A DNA stretch of 32,000 bases from Planctomycetales bacterium (GTDB lineage Bacteria > 4484-113 > JAFGCY01): contig CP060262.1 in the NCBI GenBank assembly GCA_022646745.1, positions 1,440,001 to 1,472,000 on the forward strand, written 5' to 3'. A program made the translations under genes and the position numbers. Within the stretch, counting starts at the first letter, position 1. The number at the start of each line of letters is the position of its first letter. Shown here piece by piece: positions 24,764 to 31,451 of the stretch. The notes under the pieces were generated by a model. That model was given only the letters and a program-made list of their open reading frames with translations, was not told the origin of the DNA and did not search any database.

Positions 24764-24793
24764 CAGGATGCGGCGCTGTGCCGCTCGTGAGAC

Positions 24794-25192
24794 ATGAACA
24801 CCGTTGGACAGTACAACTGGGTGGCACTCTTCCTGCTGGGCGGGGCGGTGCTGATCGGGCTGGCATTCGCTTTCCTGAACCTGTGGCGTCCGCGGCGGCC
24901 GAACTTCCTCAAGCGCCTGAGCTATGAATCCGGCGCGCAGGCCACCGGTGACGCGCTGGTGCGCTTCAACATCCGCTTCTACATCCTCGCGATCGTGTTC
25001 CTCATGTTCGACGTGGACATCATGTTCATCTTTCCCTGGGCCACCGCCTTCCGGCTGCTGGTGTTCGGTAATGACGACATCACCTTCACGCCGATCGGGG
25101 CCGCCTCACTGGGTGAGATGTTCGTGTTCCTCGGCATCCTGCTCGTCGGCTGGGCCTATGCCTACCGCAAGGGAGCGCTGGAATGGGTCTGA
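24794..25192 (+). CDS. nuoA: NADH-quinone oxidoreductase subunit A homolog (ND3/NuoA family)
   Basis: Family hallmarks: SYESG, FNIRFYILAIVFLMFDVDIMFIFPWA, YRKGALEW. Three predicted TM segments. Overlaps the next gene by 10 nt. Confidence 0.9.
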   Translation: MNTVGQYNWVALFLLGGAVLIGLAFAFLNLWRPRRPNFLKRLSYESGAQATGDALVRFNIRFYILAIVFLMFDVDIMFIFPWATAFRLLVFGNDDITFTPIGAASLGEMFVFLGILLVGWAYAYRKGALEWV

Positions 25193-25635
25193 AGGACCTC
25201 ATCCGCGAGGCCAGTGCCCATTCCCTGTGGCCGCTGATGCTCGGACTGGACTATGCCACGCTGGAACTGTTCAGCGCGATCTCGCCGCGCTATGACATCG
25301 CGCGCTTCGGCTCTGAGGTGATGCGCCCCAGCCCGCGCCAGGTGGACCTTTTGATCGTGGCCGGCGTCGTCAACAACAAGATGGCCCCGGTGATCCGCCG
25401 GCTGCATGCCTCGATGGCCGACCCGGCCTTCGTGATGGCATTCGGCGCGGGGGCGATCAGCGGCGCGCCCTTCGACGGCAGCTATGCGGTGGACGGGGGA
25501 GTGGACCGCATCGTACCAGTGGACATCTATGTGCCGGGCGACCCGCCGCGGCCCGAGCAGCTGATCGATGGCATCATCGCCCTGCGCGAGCGCATCCTCT
25601 CGGGTGCGCTGGATGAGCGGTTTGCGTGGCGGTAG
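25183..25635 (+). CDS. nuoB: NuoB/PSST-family subunit lacking all four cysteine ligands of Fe-S cluster N2
   Basis: Family motifs are conserved: SLWP, RYDIARFGSEVMRPSPRQVDLLIVAG, NKMAPVIRRL, VPVDIYVPG-PPRPEQL. At the E. coli ligand columns, GLSCCYVE reads GLDYATLE (D23 Y24, nt 25249-25254), MGACA reads FGAGA (G90, nt 25450-25452) and PGCPP reads PGDPP (D120, nt 25540-25542). Confidence 0.9.
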   Translation: MGLKDLIREASAHSLWPLMLGLDYATLELFSAISPRYDIARFGSEVMRPSPRQVDLLIVAGVVNNKMAPVIRRLHASMADPAFVMAFGAGAISGAPFDGSYAVDGGVDRIVPVDIYVPGDPPRPEQLIDGIIALRERILSGALDERFAWR

Positions 25636-25654
25636 GATCGCATTACCATGAACC

Positions 25655-26452
25655 ATGAGTATCAAGGCCAGCTGCCCTTGTCAGGTCAGGGAATCACTCC
25701 CCTGGGATCCTGATCCTCCTGCAAGTGTCCGGGAGGAAACCCCATACTTCAAACTGCACAAGCTCATCATCCGCAGGGAAAGCTGGCAACGCGGAATCCT
25801 GCACATCTGCACCAGATGCAATGCCGACTGGTATCTCGATCATGCATCGGGATTTCTGCTCAGAATTCCGGCAGGCTGCCTGGATAAGGCCAGGTCCTGG
25901 GATGCCGGTATGGAGAAACCGGCGAAAGTGCTTGCGGAACTGCTGCTGAACATTGGCAGCGTTGGATTCGCGGCGTTTCAAAGGCGGATGAAGTGGCTGA
26001 TGTTCCCATGCTGTGTCAGGGATCATGCGGGCGTCTGGCATGAGAAGGCCTTTGTCATCCTGAGTGCCTCGATGCCCCTTCCCGAATGGCAAAAGGGAGA
26101 GTCTGCATTGTCGGATGCAGCGCATGTTGAGCAGTCAAGGTTTGCCCTGCCGCTGGATATCCGCAGGGAAAGCTACAATGCCATGGAGATTGCCATGGGC
26201 TTCAATCCGACTTCGATCCGGACGTCATCCGGCCGCTGTTTCAATCTCTGGCCAAACACGGACTTCATGGACAAGGACGGGATCATCGGATCTGAATGCA
26301 GCCTGGCAACAGATGTCGATCCGTTTCGCCTCAAGCTGCTTACAAGCAGCGAGCTGGGGCCGCGACCATGGCGGCGCAATGTCCGGAGGGTTGACTACCC
26401 GACTTTCCATGGAGAGCTGACGGAGGATTTTGAGGATCTTCTGTATTCATAG
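25655..26452 (+). CDS. Hypothetical protein with an N-terminal CxC...CxxC motif (265 aa), inserted inside the nuo operon
   Basis: Starts 19 nt after the nuoB stop. Cys7, Cys9, Cys52 and Cys55 (SCPC...ICTRCNADWY) could form a zinc-ribbon-like site. GC is lower (53% in the 25741-25800 sample). It uses AGG/AGA Arg codons and many A/T-ending codons, unlike flanking genes. I recognise no family. Confidence 0.5.
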   Translation: MSIKASCPCQVRESLPWDPDPPASVREETPYFKLHKLIIRRESWQRGILHICTRCNADWYLDHASGFLLRIPAGCLDKARSWDAGMEKPAKVLAELLLNIGSVGFAAFQRRMKWLMFPCCVRDHAGVWHEKAFVILSASMPLPEWQKGESALSDAAHVEQSRFALPLDIRRESYNAMEIAMGFNPTSIRTSSGRCFNLWPNTDFMDKDGIIGSECSLATDVDPFRLKLLTSSELGPRPWRRNVRRVDYPTFHGELTEDFEDLLYS

Positions 26453-26807
26453 ACTGGCTCGTCTCGGATTTCCCAGTGAATCAGTCAACCTGAAGAACAA
26501 GGGTCAGGGATACCGGAAGAACCGGCGCGGCCCAGCCGCGATTGGGAGGGGATGCAGCGAAGTCAGGGAAATGCGGGGACTGGAGCTGATCAGAAAACTC
26601 TGTGCGCTCGGTGGCTCTGTGTTGACAATTCTCCAGTTTGACTGGGCTGAGGCTAGCCTGCACTTGGTTGGCAATGCGGCTGGGGCGGAGCGATATTGGT
26701 GAACGCAGAGCCGCAGAGTCTGGCAATGAGTGTCGTCGGGCTCATTGCTTGCTCCGCATTGCTCATTGCAGAGGGGCTTTCCGCGTGGCTGCGCGCACGC
26801 GGCGGAG

Positions 26808-26853
26808 TGTGGCTCTTGAGAGCCACAGGGCCCTGTTGGTCTGCAGACCAACA
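26808..26853. repeat. Two adjacent perfect hairpins or palindromes in a non-coding stretch
   Basis: tgtggctc-ttga-gagccaca (26808-26827) has an 8-bp stem and 4-nt loop. tgttggtctgcagaccaaca (26834-26853) is a 20-nt perfect palindrome. Both lie 90-135 nt downstream of the stop of the minus-strand gene ending at 26944. No T-tract on either strand. Confidence 0.6.
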
Positions 26854-26943
26854 CACCATCACTCATTGCCTCGCGGCATGCTATCCCAGGCTCAGAGGGA
26901 CTGCGCCACAACTTCCAACAACCGGTCTCTGGAATCCTTGCAG

Positions 26944-27309
26944 CTACTTCTTCTTCGTCGGCTTGGCCGGCAGTGATGAGACGTAGTCGTAGGACTTCCG
27001 GAACCAGCTGCGCAGTGTGCGTGTGTTACCAAACAGTGCAGGCGGCACGGTGACATACTCCCGCTGGACATATCCGGGGATAGAGTGGTAGAGCCGGGTA
27101 CCGTACTTCTCGAGGAAGGCCTCACGCTCATCCTTCGCCAGCCGCAGGCCGATCTCGTTGAACTTCGAGATGCTGGAGTACATATTGCCGTTCAGTGAAG
27201 TGTAGGGAGCCGCCGCCCCCCTGGCCTCGACCCCCTCCACGCCCTCGATCATCTTCATGTAGGCCGCGAGCACTGCCGGGTCCACATCCGCAAATTTGTT
27301 CTTCGCCAT
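26944..27309 (-). CDS. Small hypothetical protein (121 aa from MAKNKF), possibly TfoX-N/YjbR-like
   Basis: Likely start is the ATG at the complement of 27307-27309 (MAKNKFADVDPAVLAAYMKMIEG...). The lysine-rich tail is LPAKPTKKK. Its resemblance to small TfoX-N-like proteins is from memory only. It lies opposite to the nuo genes it interrupts. Confidence 0.55.
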   Translation of the reverse strand: MAKNKFADVDPAVLAAYMKMIEGVEGVEARGAAAPYTSLNGNMYSSISKFNEIGLRLAKDEREAFLEKYGTRLYHSIPGYVQREYVTVPPALFGNTRTLRSWFRKSYDYVSSLPAKPTKKK

Positions 27310-27492
27310 GCCTGCCTCCGGGCTGATTCTAGCTTTTGCTGCAGGGCCTTGGAACAGCATTGGAAGCTGCCCCATCGGCTAGAATTACAGGAACCTTCTG
27401 CATTTGATATGTATAAGGTAACGCTGTGGGGCTTTTGATCGTTTATATCTGTATGCCGATTGCCGTAATCCAGCCAGGATGGGGAGGACTTG

Positions 27493-28074
27493 GTGCTCCC
27501 TGATGAGCTTGCCGGTCAGATCCGCGAGGACTGCGGTGATGTGCTGCTGCTGGACCCCGCCCGCGGCTGGGCGATCCTGACGGACAGCGGCCAGCTGCAG
27601 CTGGTCTGCCGCCAGCTGAAGAACATCGGCTTCATCCGTGCGCTTAACATGACCGCCAACCACCTCGGCGGGCCGGACTTCCACCTCTACCTGACGCTCA
27701 GGCACGGCAGGCGGCATGATGTCAGTCTCACACTGAAATGGAAATTCACCCTGCTGGAGGGCAATGCCCCGGCAGCGGACAGGGGTGGGGAGGATACTGA
27801 AGCAGCGCCGGCCTATGCCGGGCAGAGCGTGCACCCCAGCCTGAGCCTGATCTGGCGGGCGACGGAGCTGATGGAGCGCGAGATCTTCGAGTTCTTCGGC
27901 ATCCCCTTCGCTGGCAACCCGAACCTCATCGGGCTGATCCTCGACCCGCAGCTGCAGGGCTTCCCGCTCAGGCGGGAATTCCGGGCTGCCTCACATGAGA
28001 ACTACGCAGAGAACGTGCTGAAGCAGCGCGCCGACGCGGCAATGCGGGAGGTGCTTGATGACGCGCAGCTCTGA
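27493..28074 (+). CDS. nuoC: NuoC/30-kDa-family subunit homolog
   Basis: Conserved C-terminal core: WRATELMEREIFEFFGIPFAGNPNLIGLIL...GFPLRREF (canonical W..A.W.ERE..D.FGI.F.GHP.L.R.L...HPLRKD). GGGGAGGA (27481-27488) precedes TTG 27490 and GTG 27493. The exact start is uncertain. Confidence 0.8.
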   Translation: MLPDELAGQIREDCGDVLLLDPARGWAILTDSGQLQLVCRQLKNIGFIRALNMTANHLGGPDFHLYLTLRHGRRHDVSLTLKWKFTLLEGNAPAADRGGEDTEAAPAYAGQSVHPSLSLIWRATELMEREIFEFFGIPFAGNPNLIGLILDPQLQGFPLRREFRAASHENYAENVLKQRADAAMREVLDDAQL

Positions 28075-29209
28075 TCGCCGTGTTGAGATCCGCCGCGACC
28101 CGCTGCTGACGGAGAAGCTGGTCTACTCCGTCGGTCCGCAGCACCCAAGCCTGCCGAGCCCGCTGGAGCTGCGGGTACAGGCGGACGGCGAGCTGATCGA
28201 GCGCATCACGCCGGAGGTCGGCTTCATGCATCGCGGCGTGGAGCAGCTGGTGACCCAGCGCAACTACGCCCAGGCGGCTGGGCTGTTGTCCCGCTGCGAA
28301 TGGCTGGCTGGCAGCAACGCCGACTGGCTGGTGGCGGATGCCATCGAGCGCATCGAGGGGATCACTATCCCGGCCCGCGCGCAGTGGCTGCGCACCCTTG
28401 TGCTGGAGCTGAGCCGGATCGGCAACCACCTGTTCTGGTTTGGCAACCTCGGTCTCGAGGCCGGCGCTTATACCCCGATCTTCATCTCGCTGCGCGAGCG
28501 CGAGATGCTGCTCGACCTGCTGGAGATGCTCAGCGGGCACCGCCACCACCATGGCTGGATCGTGCCTGGCGGCGTGCGCACTGCCCCGCCGGAGGACTTC
28601 AGCGGCCATGTGCGGGCATTTTGCCTGTGGTTCCAGGGCCGGCTGGATGAATACGAGGACTTCTTCTCTGACAACGCAATCTGGATCAACCGCAGCGAGC
28701 TGATCGGCACGCTCGAGCCCGAGTTTGCCTTCGAGCATGGCGCCACCGGGCCGGTGCTGCGTGGCAGCGGGATCGCGCATGACCTGCGCCGCGACCAGCC
28801 CTATGCGATGTACGGCGAGCTGGACCTGCATGTGCCGACCGGAGAGTATGGCGATGTGCTGGACCGCTACCGCGTGCGCTTCGTCGAGATGCGCGAGAGC
28901 CTGCGCATCATCGAGCACTGCCTGGCTTACATTGACAACGGCGAGCTGCGCAATGCGGAAGTCAACCCGGACTTCGCGCAGATGGCGGTCTCGCGCGGCG
29001 AGGTCTACACGGCGGTCGAGAGCCCGCGCGGCGAGCTCGGCCTGACGCTCGTCAGCGACGGCACGAACCGCCCAAACCGCATGCACCTGCGTGCGCCGAG
29101 CCTGTACCACCTGTTCCTGCTGGACGAGCTGTGCCGCGGTTACCTGCTGGCGGACCTGTTCGTGATCTACGGCAGCCTCGACATCATGATCGGGGAGGTC
29201 GACAAGTGA
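28058..29209 (+). CDS. nuoD: NuoD/49-kDa-family subunit lacking the quinone-binding His and Tyr, with no NiFe Cys motifs
   Basis: Family motifs: VGPQHPS, GFMHRGVEQL, LELSRIGNHL, YGDVLDRYRVRFVEMRESLRII, ESPRGELG, LRAPSLYHL, GSLDIMIGEVDK. Against Thermus Nqo4, GPQHPSTHGV reads GPQHPSLPSP (P33 at the His38 column, nt 28154-28156) and RMDY reads RCEW (W82 at the Tyr87 column, nt 28301-28303). It overlaps nuoC by 17 nt. Confidence 0.88.
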   Translation: MTRSSDRRVEIRRDPLLTEKLVYSVGPQHPSLPSPLELRVQADGELIERITPEVGFMHRGVEQLVTQRNYAQAAGLLSRCEWLAGSNADWLVADAIERIEGITIPARAQWLRTLVLELSRIGNHLFWFGNLGLEAGAYTPIFISLREREMLLDLLEMLSGHRHHHGWIVPGGVRTAPPEDFSGHVRAFCLWFQGRLDEYEDFFSDNAIWINRSELIGTLEPEFAFEHGATGPVLRGSGIAHDLRRDQPYAMYGELDLHVPTGEYGDVLDRYRVRFVEMRESLRIIEHCLAYIDNGELRNAEVNPDFAQMAVSRGEVYTAVESPRGELGLTLVSDGTNRPNRMHLRAPSLYHLFLLDELCRGYLLADLFVIYGSLDIMIGEVDK

Positions 29210-30984
29210 TGCTCCCGATGCTGGCAATCCTGCAGCAGCGCTACGACATGGACGAGGCCCGCACCGTCTGGGAGGCGATGCGCGCCTGGCTCAATACCGA
29301 GCCGCTGCCCGGCCTGCGCTTCAGCCCGGAGGTTGCCAACGGCATCATGCTGGTGACGGCGCTCCTGCTGATCTTCCTCCTGGAGCTGATGATCACCATC
29401 GGCCTGCAGGTCTGGGAGCGCCGCCTGATGGCACGCATGCAGGGCCGCCGCGGCCCGCAGGAGTACGGCGAGGTCACCCCGCAGCGCTTCCGGCGGATCT
29501 TCATGCAGATCGGCGTGCTGATCGGCCTGCCCGCGCTGCTGTACGGCATCAACTACTGGACCGGCGGCACCGCCGGCTGGCAACAGTTCGGTGGCTGGAT
29601 CATCCTGTTCTTCGCCGTGGGCATGATGGGGCTGATCAACCGGCTGATGATCCTGCCGGCGCTCGGCCGGATGCAGGCCGCGCAGACCTCCGTCTGGCGC
29701 TTTCTGGCAACGCTGCTCTCGCTTTTGGCCTGGCCATCCCTCGCAGCCTGCGGCGGCATGCTCGTCGCTCTCCTGCTGGGCTTCATCCCGAAGGCGCACA
29801 TCCCCTTCCTGCCGCAGCTCACCGTACTGTGCACCGTGGTCGCCTTCGTGCTCTACATGAGCTACATGTTGCGCTACTACTGGCGCCAGGGCTTCTACGA
29901 CACGATCAAGATCTTCTTCAAGGAAGACACCGTCCCGCTCAGCGCTGACAAGCTCTTGTACCTGATCGCGCCGATCCTCGTCTACCTGCCGGCGCTGCTG
30001 AGCTGGGTGGTGATCCCGTTTGGCGTGGCGGCGGTCGACGGGCAGATCATCTACTACATGATCCAGGACCTGAACGTCGGCCTGCTTCTGATCATCGCCG
30101 ACTTCGCGATGTTCCTCGTGGCCGTGATCATGTCCGGCTACGCCTCCAACAACAAATATGCACTGGTCGGCGCAATGCGCGAGGCCGCCATGCTGCTGAC
30201 CTACGAGATCCCGATGCTGATGAGCCTCCTGTGCGTTGCCATCTTCGCCGGTTCGCTGAACCTGACGGAGATCGTGCAGCGCCAGACGATGACCTGGGGC
30301 ATCCTGCCGCTGTTCCCGGCCTTCATCATCTACTTCGTCGTCAGCCTGGCTGAGACCAACCGCCCGCCGTTTGACCTGCCGGAAGCGCAGAACGAGCTTT
30401 TGGGAGGTTACCTCGTGGAGTACAGCGGGATGCGCTTCGCGCTGTTCTACGTCGCCGAGTATTCGAACGTGTTCATCGTCAGCGCGATCATGACCGTCTG
30501 CTTCTTCGGCGGCTGGAAGGGCCCGATGTTCCTCGGCCCCGACGGGCTGTGGCTGACGAGCCTGTTCTGGTTCCTGCTGAAGACCTATGCCGTGTGCTTC
30601 TTCTTCATCTGGGCGCGTTCCACGATGCCGCGCATCCGCGTGGACCAGATCATGTTCTTCTCCTGGAAGTTCCTGCTGCCGGCCAGCGTGGTCGTGATGG
30701 CGGCCACGGCGCTCGGCGTCGTCAACCGCCATCCCTGGTTCAGCGCGAACCAGATCGCAGTGTCAGACGTTGACGTGACCGCTCTGCAGCGCGTCACCCA
30801 GTTCCAGACATTGACAACGGCCGAGGCACTGGCGGTGATGACAGTCCCCGAGAAGGCCTTCTTCTGGGGCTACAACGTGCTGTGCCTGTTCTTCGGACTG
30901 TTCATCCTGATGATGGCCTGGCGCATCCTGTTCGTGGCGCGCCGCCATCCGCAGCCCCGCCGGGAGGTGAGCTGGACCGGATGA
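29209..30984 (+). CDS. nuoH: Expanded NuoH/ND1-family membrane subunit (591 aa against about 325-350 typical)
   Basis: The core is conserved: ERRLMARMQGRRGPQ, IKIFFKEDTVPLSADKLLYLIAP, SGYASNNKYALVGAMREAAMLLTYEI, AETNRPPFDLPEAQNELLGGYLVEYSGMRFALFYVAEYSNV, MPRIRVDQIMFFSWKFLLP. The start ATG at 29209 shares its A with the nuoD stop (TGATG). There is an extra ~43-aa N-terminus, a ~140-aa hydrophobic insertion (aa 85-227, nt 29461-29889) and a ~80-aa C-terminal extension with one more TM helix. Confidence 0.88.
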   Translation: MLPMLAILQQRYDMDEARTVWEAMRAWLNTEPLPGLRFSPEVANGIMLVTALLLIFLLELMITIGLQVWERRLMARMQGRRGPQEYGEVTPQRFRRIFMQIGVLIGLPALLYGINYWTGGTAGWQQFGGWIILFFAVGMMGLINRLMILPALGRMQAAQTSVWRFLATLLSLLAWPSLAACGGMLVALLLGFIPKAHIPFLPQLTVLCTVVAFVLYMSYMLRYYWRQGFYDTIKIFFKEDTVPLSADKLLYLIAPILVYLPALLSWVVIPFGVAAVDGQIIYYMIQDLNVGLLLIIADFAMFLVAVIMSGYASNNKYALVGAMREAAMLLTYEIPMLMSLLCVAIFAGSLNLTEIVQRQTMTWGILPLFPAFIIYFVVSLAETNRPPFDLPEAQNELLGGYLVEYSGMRFALFYVAEYSNVFIVSAIMTVCFFGGWKGPMFLGPDGLWLTSLFWFLLKTYAVCFFFIWARSTMPRIRVDQIMFFSWKFLLPASVVVMAATALGVVNRHPWFSANQIAVSDVDVTALQRVTQFQTLTTAEALAVMTVPEKAFFWGYNVLCLFFGLFILMMAWRILFVARRHPQPRREVSWTG

Positions 30985-31451
30985 GGATGCTGTCAACGAG
31001 CCAGAACCTGCTGCACATCCTCGGTGAGCTGCTGCTCGTGGCCGCCGGGGCCTGGGGCCTGTACCTGCGCATCGTGCTCGGCATCGCGCCGGTGCTGACG
31101 ACGCAGTGGTTCGGTCCGCTGGCCCTGCTGGCGATCGGCCTGCTGCTGGCCGTGCTGCCGCTCACCCCGGCCCGCAATGCGGCCTGGATCAACCCCTGGT
31201 TCAGGCAGCGTCCGGGAGTCGCTTCACTGCTGTGGAGCTTCGCGGCCTGCGGCTGCCTGTATTCGCTGTGGCTGCAGTACGAGCTGCAGTTCACACTCAG
31301 GCCAGTGCTGCTCTTGGCGCCAGGCTTCCTTTACTGGTTCGTGGTGACGGCGCCGGGGCACCATGCCCAGCTGCGCAACATTGCCGCAGCCGGGGCGCAG
31401 GAGGCAGTTGCCAGCGAAGGACAGTCGGTGGAGGAGGTGCAGCGTGCCTGA
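30981..31451 (+). CDS. Hypothetical polytopic membrane protein (156 aa) at the position normally held by nuoI
   Basis: ATGA overlap with the nuoH stop (30981-30984). About four hydrophobic helices (LLHILGELLLVAAGAWGLYLRIVLGIAPVL, GPLALLAIGLLLAVLPL, SLLWSFAACGCLYSLWL, VLLLAPGFLYWFVVTAP). No CxxCxxCxxxCP ferredoxin motifs. GC3 is high. Confidence 0.65.
   Translation: MRMLSTSQNLLHILGELLLVAAGAWGLYLRIVLGIAPVLTTQWFGPLALLAIGLLLAVLPLTPARNAAWINPWFRQRPGVASLLWSFAACGCLYSLWLQYELQFTLRPVLLLAPGFLYWFVVTAPGHHAQLRNIAAAGAQEAVASEGQSVEEVQRA

Noticed and set aside
25183-25635. Reading the Cys-less NuoB (and the altered NuoD) as pseudogenes
   Set aside because: Both ORFs are full length with no frameshifts or stops. 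Non-ligand family motifs are strongly conserved and the genes are translationally coupled to their neighbours. Loss of function by decay would not spare everything except the ligand residues.
26495-26545. SRP (4.5S) RNA-like words GGTCAGG...CCGGAAG in the non-coding part of the nuo insert
   Set aside because: The flanks do not form the helix-8 pairing around a GGAA tetraloop, and the conserved AGCA/GGAAGCAGCC side is absent. This is a chance resemblance.
26452-26943. Small ORFs in the 490-nt gap (26430..26702, 26504..26911 minus, 26638..26976, 26696..26986)
   Set aside because: They overlap one another in several frames, lack codon-bias support and show no motifs. The region is treated as non-coding or degraded, although a decayed gene remnant cannot be excluded.
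28058-29209. Interpreting the NuoD-like gene as a group-4 [NiFe] hydrogenase large subunit
   Set aside because: It has no N-terminal RxCGxC or C-terminal DPCxxC motifs. The C-terminus reads GSLDIMIGEVDK, as in NuoD.
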